Shown here: piece after piece, positions 39,040 through 52,600 of the stretch
Layout of the letters: every line of letters starts with the position of its first letter
Position numbering within the stretch: position 1 is the first letter of the stretch
Assembly: GCF_006345805.1 (NCBI RefSeq)
Contig: NC_043000.1
Coordinates: 110,050,001-110,114,000, forward strand
DNA length: 64,000 nt
Direction of reading: 5' to 3'
Origin: Octopus sinensis
Taxonomy: Eukaryota
The notes under the pieces: generated by a model
What the model was told of the DNA's origin: nothing
The model's input: only the letters and a program-made list of their open reading frames with translations
Databases searched by the model: none
Made by a program: the position numbers and the translations under genes

Positions 39040-42000
39040 CATGCTAGCATGGAAGGCGGACGTTAAATGATGATGATATATATATATAAGCACTATGATA
39101 ATTCTGGCAGTGTGTGTGTGTGTATCAAGATAGGAAAGTTTCAAAAAGAACTGAATATATAGTCTGAGATGTTTGATTGATAGAAATGATCAGAAACTAG
39201 AAGTAGTTGATAGTTTCCGCTACCTGGGTGACCAAGTTAGTAGTGGAGGTGGATGCTCAGAGAGTGTCACCACTAGAATACGAATAGCCTGGGCAAAGTT
39301 TAGAAAGCTCCTACCCCTACTGGCGACAAAGGGTCTCTCACTCAGAGTGAAAGGTAGATTGTATGATGCATGTGTGCGAACTGCCATGCTTCACGGTAGT
39401 GAAACATGGGCCGTGACTGCAGAGGACATGCGTAGACTTGAAAGAAATGAAGCTAGCATGATCCGCTGGATGTATAATGTCAGTGTGCATGCACGACAGA
39501 GTGTAAGCACCCTGAGAGAAATGCTGGACATAAGAAGCATCAGATGTGGTGTGCAAGAGCGACGCTTGCGATGGTATGGTCATGTACTGCGGATGGATGA
39601 GGAGAGATGTGTGAAGAAGTGCCGCTCCCAAACAGTTGAAGGAATCAGGGGGAGAGGTAGACCCAGGAAGACATGGGATGAGGTAGTCAAGCATGACCTC
39701 AGAGCGTTGGGCCTCACTGAGGCAATGGCGAAGGACCGAGATCTCTGGAGATGTGCTGTGACTGCAAAGACCTGGGCTGCTTCCGGCACCAGTTCTGCAT
39801 AGCTCCTGCCCATTCAAAGTACCTTGGATCCCAGAACATCTCGCTGTGCTTGAGGAGACCTGTTAAGTCAAGTGCATGTGCATGTACATGAACATCAAAA
39901 CAAATATCAATGGAAATAGTAGTTGTGATACCTGTGCTGGTGGCACATAAAAAGCACCATCCGAACGTGGCCGTTGCCAGCGCGGCCTCGACTGGCTTCT
40001 GTGCCGATGGCACATAAAAAGCACCGTTCGAACGTGGCCGTTGCCAGCGCCGCTTCGACTGGCTTCTGTGCCGGTGGCACATAAAAAGCATCATCCGAAT
40101 GTGGCCGATGCTAGCGCCGCCTTGGCTGACTTCCGTACTGGTGGCACGTTAAAAGCACCAACCGATCGTGGCCGATGCCAGACTCCCCTGGCACGTAAAA
40201 AGCACCCACTACACTCGCGGAGTGGTTGGCATTAGGAAGGGCATCCAGCTGTAGAAACACTGCCAGATCAGACTGGAGCCTGGTGCAGTCCCTGGCTTCC
40301 CAGACCCTGGTCGAACCGTCCAACCCATGCTAGCGTGGAAAACAGACGTTAAACGATGATGATGATGATAAAGTGTTATGGATACAATCTATCTGTGGGG
40401 ACACATACATACACAAGTACACACAAACACATATATATATGAGAGGGAGCTTATTGTTAAGTGTGTCAATGCTATCATACCATATTCCCATAAAGGTTTG
40501 TAAACAGAAACAAGAAGAAATGAGGTTTAAAATACTCACCTTTGCAGGCCAAAATGGATACCCTTTTAACTTTGCCCAAACAATCTGGTGTGGATGGCTC
40601 TAATTAAAAGAGGAAACAAAAAACAGATACAATTAGAATGGAAAATTGTATAGAATTTGCCCCCTACCCCACTCCACATTCCTATTTCTCGCCCCCTTTC
40701 ACTTCTACTCATCTCACACTTGAGGGAACACCTGGGCGCCTTGTTACCACTATCTCTTTGCAGCTCCAACTGAACTTGTTTGGTCTTCCCTCTTCTCCCA
40801 TACCTTAATCCCTCATCTCCTAGCATAAAGCACGACCCCACCCACACACACACCCAGCTGGGCGTTTGTAGTCTTGTGAGCTGCATGGTAACTTCAACAG
40901 CATTGGTAGCATGGAAAAACCAGCACTTAGGGTACATTCTGTAAAATGGTTGGCATTAGGAAAGGCACTAAACTGTAGAAAGTGTGCCAAAGCTTACATT
41001 GGAGCTCAATGCAGCCTTATGACTCACTGGATCATGTCAAAAACCATCCAACCCATGTAACCATGGAAAACAGATGTCAAATGGTGATGGTGTGATAATG
41101 ATGTTATCTTCTGGAGACCTACTTTACAACTCACTACCCACCCACATGAGGGAGATCATCTCAGAGATTTCTCAGAAATCAACAAAGCTTTTCACTGTGT
41201 CTGACATGAAAATCTCAATTAAATATCTTTTCCTCTATGAGCTCCATTCGTGTCTCGACTCTTGAATCACTGAGTCCATGTAGGATCACATAACTGCAAC
41301 ATGTAGTGAGAGGGGTCTCTATGACTCGCATTCCATTTGCTCTGCTGTGCATCCAAGCATCATCTACAGGTAAAGTGGACTCCTAACACCAAATTTACAC
41401 CCCTCCACTCCACTCTAATACTGCTTACTGGATCCAGAACTGCATGACCTGATGTGCCCTTCGTTCATCAAAGTTGTAGGGTGTGGTGTGAAGAAGATTT
41501 GGTTCCTACAAAGCTACACAAAAGACTCTCTCTCAGAAGAAATGAATTACTTACACAGGGTTCACAAAACCATTCATCATTTGATTGTTCACAGGATCGA
41601 GCATAGCAGTCAGGGCAGATTTCAATCTCTGCCACCTGCAACAAAAGACAGGGAATAGAATTTAACACAGACAACGGAACTGTTCATGTCGTAGCAGCAA
41701 CAACAGCAGGGTTTCTTCTGTAGGCTTCAGATCATTAAAACAGAGGGAAACAGGGTTGGAGTAAAGATTGTTTGCCAACATAACATGGTAGTCCTGGTTT
41801 AGGACGAATGTTGCTGTAATTTAGCCCCAGCAGACATCGTCTCCATCTGGCAATAAGACACGATCTGTGACCTTATATTTTCGAACAAGGGAACATAGCA
41901 CCCCCACTCAGCTCAAAACAAAATATAAAGACACAGATCATGTCGTATAGGCAGCTGGAGACGATGTCTGCTGAGGCTAAATTACAGCAACATTCGTCCT

Positions 42001-42208
42001 AAACTAGGACTGGCATGTAATGTTGGCAAACAATCTTTACTCCAAAGTACTGTTGCTGAATATCTCTCATTGTGGGATTTATAAATAGTAATTTTCTAAG
42101 GAAACAGAGTTTTTGTGAAGTCTATATCTTACTCAATAAAAGACATAAAGGCAATGAAATGGATTGAGTGGAAATTGGAAGAAGGTTGTGGATATGCTTT
42201 ATTAAAAG

Positions 42209-42240
<32 letters not shown>

Positions 42241-45200
42241 CCTTTCTACTATAAGCACAAGGCCAGAAATTTCGGGGAGGGGATAGCTGATTATATAGGC
42301 CTCGGTGTGTAACTGGTACTTAATTTATTGACCCTGAAATGACGAGCGGCAAACTTGACCTTGGTGGAATTTGAACTCAGACCGTCAAGGCAGACAAAAT
42401 GCCATTAAGCATTTCACCCAGCATGCTAACGATTCTGCCAGCTTACCATCTTAATAATGATAATAATAATGATTTCAAATTTTGCCAGAAGGGCAGCAGT
42501 TTTGGGGGAGGGGATGAGTTTACATCAACCCCAGTGTTCAACAGGTCCTTATTTATTGACCCCAAAAGGATGAAAGGCAGAGTCAACCTCGGCAGAATTT
42601 GAACTCAGAACGTAGCAACGGGTGAAATAGTGCTAAGCATTTTGTCTAGCACACTAACGATTTTGCCCATTCGCTGCTTTAATAATAATAATAATAATAA
42701 TACTTTCTGACACAAAACCAGCAATTTTAGGAGGATGGGCAAGTTGATGACATCAACCCCAGAACGTGACAGGTATTTATTTTATTGACCCTGAAAGGAT
42801 GGAAGGCAAAGTTGACTTCAGCAAGATTTGAACTCAGAACATAAAAGAGCTGGAAAAACTGCTGCTGGATATTTTGTCGGATGCAGTAATTTCTATTTTG
42901 CACAAAATAACAGCATTTGAGCAAATGCATTTGATTAAATTGACTCGAGTATCTAACTCCAAGGTATGTATACCCAGCAAAAGAAAAATCCCAAACAAAG
43001 AAAATGAATGATTCCCTTTTTCTTTCTGACAACATTGCTCTTAAGTGAATGATGCAAAATTGAGAGCAGAACTCATTAAAAACTAAATTAAGAGAAAAGT
43101 GTAAAACAAACTAACAAAGAACCACAGGACTTACCTCATGTTTGCAAATCTTTATGATCATCTTAGCACTTGCAGTTAGTTTATGGTGAGCTGTTGACAG
43201 ACAAATTACACAATAAAAATCATTTTCTCATTGATGTTCAAGGTTAACAGACACACACACACACCATCATTTTAACATCCACTTTTCCCTGCTGGCATGT
43301 GTCGGAAGGAATTTTGTTGAAGTGGATTTTCTGTAACCAAATGCCCTTTCTGTTGCCAATATGCATGTGTGTACATGCACACACACACACAATGAGCTTC
43401 TTTCAGTTTCCACCTATCAAATCCACTCACAAGGTTTCGGTTGGCCCAAGACTACACCAGAAGACACTTTCCCAAGGTGGCATGCAGTAGGATTGATCCT
43501 GAGACCAAATGGTTGGGAAGCAAGCTTTTTAGCGCACAGCCATGCTTGGTTTCAAAGGCATAGGCATGGCTGGGTGGACACGGAGTTAGATTTGCTATCA
43601 CACAATCTTGAATTCTATCTCATTGCATGACACCTTAGACACAAATGTCATCTACTGCAGTTTCAGTCCAACCAATGTCTGGCGAGTGGAAACTGTATGG
43701 AATCTTGCTATTTTTATGTGTGCCTTACATTCTGCACTTTGCACGGAAAAAACATTCAGCTACAAATGGTGGTATTTTTGACATTTTCTCTCAACAAATC
43801 ATCCACTGGTTCTCCACTTTCAAAGTCCAATGGAATAAAAAACTTCTGACTTGAGAAATAGTTAAGGGTTAGCTACTGGAAGGGCATCAAACAAAAACAA
43901 TACCACAATTGTAGGAATTGAATCTGTGCCTTGGCCATTTAAGATATAAGCACAATTATAGGAAAAGCGTCAAAATACAAGAGAATACATTACATTTCAA
44001 TAGAAGCTAGCTTGTTCTGCTGCTAATGTCTAAGTTTCATATCAACCAAGACACCAATTGAAGACAATTTTAAAGGATGTTGTTTCAAAGACTGATTCAT
44101 GAAGATGTCTGTATTGAGATACACAAAAAAATTTTAACAGCCATCTGTGTATCTGGCATAATGTATACACACCATCAATAAGCCAGTTGCTGTTGTTTTA
44201 TTAAATTAAAATAACCTCAATTGCATATACTGCAGCAAAAAAAAAAAAAAAAAGAAAAGTTTGTAACATTGTTACAGTGCAGCACTAAATTGTGACATTA
44301 ATACCAGCAGCTTATACTATTACCCAAAAAAGAATCGGTCTACTTACTTCCATTGAATATGATACAGTTATGTAAGATCCACTTGACATCAGCTAAAAAA
44401 GCTTCAGTGGAGCCATATTTGTTATTTTTGATATTCTAGAAGAATTAAAGAAGAAAAAGAGAAATAAAATTGGAATTAGCATGGTTTTTTTTTTGGAGAA
44501 TAATGATCCCTTCTAAATTTTAAACATCATGTAATTTATTTTAAAATTCTAAATTTATTTTAATTTATGAAAAGAGAATAATAAATATTAACAGAACTGA
44601 AGAGAATAGATGCTCTTGCTGCTGGCGTTTACCGTCAGGTGCCTTCCCTAATCAAAGGTATACCAGACACTATCCTTAATCAAAGGTATTATCAGCTGGT
44701 CAAAGAAAGATATCCCAAATGCCATGTGTAGTCAAAGCATTCCCGCTGATGAAAGATTCTGCAAGTGCCATTTCTAATCAAAGATATTCCAGCTGTAACC
44801 ATTTCGGTTTACTTTCTCAAAAACAGGTAAGTTTTATTTTTTCATCGTTCAGTCAGCAGGAGCCATGGCTCTTTTCAGGGCCTTCAAGACCAATCTTATT
44901 TTCAAGTCTGATACTTATTCCATTGGTCATCATCATCATCATCATCATCATTTAGCGTCTGCTTTCCATGCTAGCATGGGTTGGACAGTTCAACTGGGGT
45001 CTGGCACTGTTTCTACGGCTGGATACCCTTCCTAATGCCAACCACTCCGTGAGTGTAGTGGGTGCTTTTTACGTGCCACCGGCACAGCTGCCGGACGGGG
45101 CTGGCAAACGGCCACGGTCGGATGGTGCTTTTTACGTGCCACCAGATCGGGGGCCAGGCGAGGCTGGCAACGGCCACGATCGGATGGTGCTTTATACGTG

Positions 45201-46695
45201 CCATCGATTTTTGCCAAACCACTAAGTGACAGGGAAGTAAACAAAAGACATACACACACACGTATATATAGGCACAAGATGGGTTTCCATACAGTTTCCG
45301 TCTACCAAATTCATTCACAAGTCACTGGTTGGTTTCAGCTAAAAAAAAAGGACACTTGAACAATGTAACATGCAGTGGGATTGAAACAGAAACCACTTGG
45401 TTGCAAAGTGGGTTTCTGAACCACACAACCATCCCTGTGCCTATACACACACACGCACATATATATATGTATATATTCTTTGCTTCAGTTATTTGACTGC
45501 AACCATGCTGGAGCACTGCATTTAGTGGAACAAGTTGACTCCAGGACTTATTCTCTGTAAGCCTAGTACTTATCCTATCAGTCTCTTTTGCCGAACCGCT
45601 AAGTTACGAGGAAGTAAACACACCAACATCGGTTGTCAAGCGATGGTGGGAGGACAAACACAGACATACAAACATATTCAACGAGCTTCTTTCAGTTTCC
45701 ATCTACCAAATCCACTCACAAGGCTTTGGTTGGCCCAAGACTATAGTGGAAGACACTTGCCTAAAGTGCTACACAGTGGGCTGAGAAGCAAGCTTTTTAC
45801 CACGCAGACACACACACACACACACACATATACATACAGGGATGGTAAATGATGATGATAATCATCATCACACACACATCTAATTACAGATTTTTCTGAA
45901 ATGCTGTTCCCCAAAGAAGAAAAATGGCCTTGAGAGCTATGGTGTGGGTGGAGGTGGGGAACTCCTAATGGGTCACTCATCCTACTAAAAATAATACCTA
46001 AATTTCCCTCAAAGCATCCCCTGCAGAGTTAAAAAAACCCCAGATATGATGGTCATGGCTGGAACATTTTTGATTACTGGCTAAGTGAGAGGGAGCTGAT
46101 CTGGGCCTAAACAACAACCACCAAAAATATCAATTCTTTAGCAGCAAAAAAGATGTCCCTAAAATATTAACTGAATGATTAACAAAACAAAAAAAAAAAA
46201 ACCCCAAAAAACCCCAAAAAAACTTTTGCCATAAACCTGAAAGAAGAACCATGAAACTAACCTTTTCAACTGTGTTCAGATCCATTGGATGGTAAATAAA
46301 ATCATGGTAATTGGGTACCGCACATAAATCTACTGGTTGACGGAATGGAGAACTCTGGAAAATGGAACAGAAAAAAGAAACAACATCAATAATAATAATA
46401 ATTACTACGAAAGGCCTGAAACTTGGGAGAAGGAGGCCTAGTCAATTAGGTCAACCCCAGGGTTTCACTGGTATTAATTTATCAACTCTGAAAGGACGAA
46501 AGGCAAAGAGGACCTTGTCGGGATTTGAATTCAAAACGAAAGGATGGATGAAAGGTCACAAAGCATTTTCCCTGGCGTGCTAACAATTCTGTCAGCTCTC
46601 CACATTAATAAACAACAATAATAATAACAATAATAATAATAATAATAATAATAATGATGATGACGATAATAATAATAATAATAATAATAACGATG

Positions 46696-46736
<41 letters not shown>

Positions 46737-47714
46737 CCTTTGTACTAAAGGCACAAGGCCTAAAGTGTTGAGGAAGGGAGCTAGTCGGTCACATCAACTC
46801 CAATTCTTCATTGGTACTTATTTCATTGACCTCAGTGGAATTTGAACTCAGAACATAAAACCAGATGAAATGCCAAGAAGCATTTTGTCTGGCAGGCTAA
46901 CAATTCAGCCAGCTCTAATAATGATAATAATAATAATAATAATAATGAGGATGTCAAAGAAGAAAATAGCAATAATTCTTCTGTGATGAAAATCATGATT
47001 TTTAATATTCTTACATGGTCAAATATTTTTAGGAGGATGTCTAAACTCGACTCCAGCATTTAACCGGTATTGCTATTTATTTTATTAACTCTGGAAGAGT
47101 TAATGAATTAACAATTAAACTCATTAAAATTCGGATACACAAGAAAGTAATATAAACAAAAATGGTAAAACATTTTATCCAGAGCTCTACTTGAACTCCA
47201 AACTGGCACAATGCTACAGTCTGAGCAGGTGGGGAAATGGACCCCAGCACATGACTGGTACTTACCCAATTGATCCTCGAATAATTCTCTCTCAGACCAA
47301 ATCTAAGAGAGAGATTGGTGCAGTAAAGTGAGACTATATGGTAGTTCCTTGATAGATGTATCTGCTGCGAGGACAACCATGTTATATCACACAGTCAGGA
47401 GTATTTATCAATGGTTTGTAATAGTCATGGGGTCTAAATCCACCCCTGGTTACAACTGACCAATTTTAATTAAGGAAACGTTTATTAATTAGGTGGTACC
47501 ACTACTGATAGCAGCAGCAGAGAGTGGGAGGGAGAGAGAAAAGCAGAAACTCACTGATTGGTGTTTCATTCTGTTCAGAGCATACTTCAGAAGAACACAA
47601 AACTGTTCATGAGATATCATAGACATTGCCTTGGATCTTGTGTTAATGCATTCAGCTCTCATAATTTTCTGTAAAGAAGAGATATGGGAAAGTTTGGACA
47701 TAAATTAGATAAAA

Positions 47715-47797
<83 letters not shown>

Positions 47798-49650
47798 CAC
47801 ACACAACAGAGGGAAAATTAAGTTGGCCATAACACACTTTAATGCACCAACTGTGTAGTTCTTTGGCATATTTTTAGGCATCATCATTTTTACATCTGCT
47901 TTTCCTTGCTTGCATGAGTCTGGGGATTCCTTCTTTTCAAATCAGCATTTCACTATTTGCTGTGTTCCTTTACCATCTCCTTCATGAAGTTCCCCCTCCT
48001 GAGATCAGTTTCCTCCCACTTGTCCCTTTTGTCTTCTTCAGACTTTTCTCTTTCACCGTTTCATTCAACATGGAACTCTTGACATTTCTTTACCCAAGTA
48101 CATTACAAGTCCATACCATCTTTTTCACATTCTACACCTAATTCCTCTTATAAACCCAGTTCTTCTCTTATCTCATCTGTGCCATGTCATTCATCCACAT
48201 TAATATTTACACAATCAGACGAGCACGCACGTTTCGCATCATTCCAATCTTCACACATTCGCTGCATTCAGAGCTGCTATTATCATGCATCACTGCACTT
48301 CATATACAAGCATTGTACAATCTCCTTGTTGTCAGCTGAGGTAATAGCTCCCTAAACTTGATCCACCCTATTCTTGCCTATTATGCTTTCAGAACCCCTT
48401 TCTCTAATACAGACCACTCTGTCCACACATAAACATATATTTCTCATATAAGATAATGTACGTATTTATATACAAAAGAGGTGATCTTTAACAGGACACC
48501 TTACATGCTGCAAAGGGCAATTAAAGCACAAACCACAAATAAGAGTAATTTCAAAGGGAAATATTTTTATAGTTACCCTTAGACCCTTTTTAGAGAAAAA
48601 CCACTATTATGCAATTCAAACAATGATAGACATAAACCAAATCATAAAGAAAAAAATAAAATATATTATAAAACATTTGCTTTATATCTATCATTGTTTG
48701 AATTGCATAATAGTGGTTTTTCTCTAATTTATATATATTTATATTGTGAAATTTGATTTAATACTAAATCGAATTTTTCCCTGTAAGTTTGGAGTTATAC
48801 TCCCTAATATTACTTATTATATATATTGGTGTTAGGAAGGATATCCATCCATAGAAACTATGCCAAAACAGACAGCTGGAGTCTGGACAGCTCTCTGTCA
48901 AACCATCCAACCCATGCCAGCATGGAAAGTGGACCTTAAACGATAATGATGAAGATGATATACATTTACATCTTCAAGAAAAATTGTGTAACCAACAATG
49001 ACCATTTGAGCTAATTAACCCTATGTCAGAAACATGTTGGCAGAACGACTGAAAGGTTGTTTCAAGTGGACGCTAAAACAATGACGACGACTCAGGGTTT
49101 TATTCAAAGCAATCAGCAGACAATGCTGAAGTGACTCACTGGGAGGTAGCCAGACACATTAAGTTTCAAGTAGATACAGACTGAATCACTGGCTTTATAC
49201 AAACACTATATATTTATATATATATATATATATATCTGTAAATGTAATATGTGACAATTATTCGGTTATTACATTTACAGATAAATTCCTCTATTTACAT
49301 AATATCGAGGTCTCTTTCATTCTTTTGTTGTCTTACCATATATATCAATATATATATATACATATATATCACCGTGACTGACCAGGCTATCAGATGTTGC
49401 TAACATTGCTGGTCACAATGCGCTTCGCATTGTTTTAGCCTTCAAATGACGTTACCCTGGTGGCTAAGCGAGCAGGCCAACAGAAGAAAGAGTGAGAAGA
49501 AAGTTGTGGCGAAAGAGTACAGCAGGGATCGCCACCCGCCGCTGCTGGAACTTCGTGGAGCTTTAGGAGTTTTTGCTCAATAAACACTTCCAATGCCCGG
49601 TCTGGGAATCGAAACCGTGATCCTATGACCGCGAGTCCGCTGCCCTAACC

Positions 49651-49690
<40 letters not shown>

Positions 49691-52600
49691 GTATGTGTCA
49701 AATATTTCCATTTACCTCACATTCAGGACAGACCCAGACTTCAGGGAATGGCTCATCAAGTCCAAGACATTTGATATGGTATACTCGAGGACATAATTCA
49801 CAACAAACAACTTCCCCATCTCGATGACACAGCCAGCAAAAATAATCATTCTTGTTATTCTGCAAAAAAACAAAACAAAAAACAAATACATATCAATAAA
49901 AAATGTGCAAATAATAACAAAAATGAAATGAAGAAAAACAGCAGAGAACAAAAATGACTAAGGCATGCTTTTAGCATTTATTCACAAGTTTTTCTATGTT
50001 CTTTAGATTTCCAGGAATATAATGTCACATCACTCATGTTAATGAAGCTATCTTCATCAAATATCACTCGGTGCTGTCCAAATTCTGTAATATGCAAGAC
50101 AAAAAATTTCTTCTGGGATTGCCAGTCTGCCATATTCACAATCACAATGATTTTATTCTTGTACTGATGCGTGGCACGACGAATCAACATTCTTCAATGT
50201 ATTGATATTGTTCCACCATTGAAGGCAGTAAAAAGGAATAAACAGCAGACGACTGGATTAACTTAATACAATGGCTGTGTGCTAAGAAGCTTGCTTTCCA
50301 ACCACAGGGTTTTGGTTTCAGTTTTCTAGAATAGATCCAGGCTGATCAAATCCTTGTGACTGGATTTGGTACACAGACACTGTGAAAGACCCCTTTCGGT
50401 CATGAATGAACCCTCCCAGGCACAAGTCAGGGCAAGGTTGTTTTATGGAAGGTCAGCAGTCGCTCATGTATACCAGCCTCCCCTCTCTATGCCACCAATG
50501 TTATCCAAGGGAAAGGCTAAGGGGCCGATACAGTTTGGCACCAGTGATTTGCAACTCATTTCTACAGCTGAGTGAACAGGAACAATGTGAAAAATAAAGT
50601 GTTTGCTCAAGAACACAACACAGCCTGGAATCGAACTTACAACCTCACGATTGTAAAACCATTGAGCTATGTGTGTGCCTGTGTGAGTAAACATGTGAGT
50701 GTATGTTTGTGTCTCCTTGTCATGACATCATGTGATAGTTGCAAACAAGTGCTATTGTCACACAACCCATGTCATTAATTTCCAATCTTCTGTGAAAACA
50801 TGTCTGGTCATAGGGGGGAATATTACTTAACTTGGAAACAGCTGAAGTTTGGCAACAGGAAGGGTATCAAGCCATAGAAAATTTGTAGCAACAAATTCTG
50901 TCTGGCCCATGCAAGCATGGAAAACCAAGATACGCTTTCCATGCTGGGATGGGTTAGGGTTTGACAGGACCTGGCTGGGTAGAAGACTGCGGATGTTAAA
51001 CCAAAAATAATAATTCAGAGTTCAAATTCAATTATTTTCTATTGTCCTGTTAAGAGCAGCTCTGTCACGTAGCCTCTGGTAAGCAAGTATTTCAAAGTCA
51101 ATAAAGATGGCCTTCTTCAGGGTGCGTGTAGAAAGCATTCTTCTCCATGAATCACAAATCTGGACTATGAAGAAGAAGCTGTAAGGTCACTCTGATGGTG
51201 AGTGCCTCAGGCTTCTCACAAGGGCTCAAAATATCTCATAGTGTGAGCAGAAGACTGAAGAAAAGATTTATGGACATATCCCACCCATCATCAGCATCAT
51301 CATTTAACGTCCGTTTTCCATGCTGGCATGGGTTGGATGGTTTGACTGAGGTCTGGAGAGCCAGCGGCTGCACCAGGCTCCAATCTGATCAGGCAATGTT
51401 TCTACAACTGGGATGCCATTCCGAACACCAACCACTCTGAGAATGTAGTGGGTGCTTATTACGTGCCACAGGCACAGGAGCCAGTCAGGTGGGCCTGACA
51501 TCGATCACATTTGGATAGTGCTTTTTACGTGCCACCAGAACAGGAGCCAGTCAGGTGGTCCTGGCATCAGCCACGTTCGGATGGTGCTTTTTATGTGCCA
51601 CCGGCATGGGGGCCAGTTAGGCGGTCCTGGTGTCAATCACGTTGCAGGGTAAGGACTTTGCTGGCCACTACTATCGTGCTGAACACCAGGAATTATATTT
51701 TAGAGAGTTCCACACCCTATTAAAGGATGAACACCACTACATAGTGTTGATTTTATTGGCAGAGACATACAACATAAAACGGAGGAGCTTGCAAAGTTAA
51801 CTGCAGACAGTTGAAAAAGTAGGGCAGGAATTAATAAATCAAGTATTAATTATATATAGGGATTGAATGGAATGGTTAATGAGTGTGTCCTTGTGTGTCA
51901 ATCCTCATCCTCTTCCTCAAAGGTTGGATGGGTTTCTACAGCCGGATGCCCTTCCTGATGCCAATCCCTTTACAGAGTGTACTGTGTGCCTTTTTTGTAG
52001 GGCATCAGCACTAGTGGGATCACAAGGTAAAAGAAAACAAAAATATTTGAACATTTAGAGGAATTATTGAATTTAATGAAAATGTTTTGCAACATTTATT
52101 AGGTTGTTGGAGGCATTACCAAAGACTTAGTCTTTACGTGGAATCATGAAGACCGAATGATTTAACATGCACACAACAAAGACAGAATATTCACAGCTCG
52201 AAGCACAGATCAAATTCTTCGATTCATCTGCCGAGATGGACAAGGCTACCACAACAACAACAACAACAACAAGGATAGCAGCAGCAACAAAATTTAACAG
52301 ACATTTACCAATCCAGTTCCATCGTTTCTACCAATTTTCTGTTTCTTTGGTGGCACTTGTACAATATAGAGATCATCAATCTTGTGCCGAGTTCTTTTAA
52401 AAGACTGTGGAGTTCCTGGAAAAATATAATTGAGAGATTCATTTTAAAGGGAACCATTTCTTTACTGAGAAATGGGTTAACAGTCCAGTTAGTAGTTGGC
52501 CAAAAGGATTATTAATCTAAAAGATTACATCTGATGGCATAAAACATATTTGAGCTTGTTAGATACTCTCCAATTTCAGTAGCACATATTCAGGGAAAAC

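Noticed and set aside
39930-40215. CRISPR-like repeat-spacer pattern (also 13060-13225, 51450-51620, 53480-53700)
   Set aside because: The spacers are near copies of each other, the array lies in a LINE 3' UTR, there are no cas genes and the context is eukaryotic; it is a tandem repeat.
49978-50190. Tc1/mariner-like RVIFDEDSF segment
   Set aside because: Only a loose match to VIFSDE, with no TIRs or other DDE motifs; too weak to call.
52190-52245. Candidate linking exon for ZMYND8
   Set aside because: The acceptor follows a (GTT)n tract, the donor is weak and it ends in phase 1, so it does not fix the frame.
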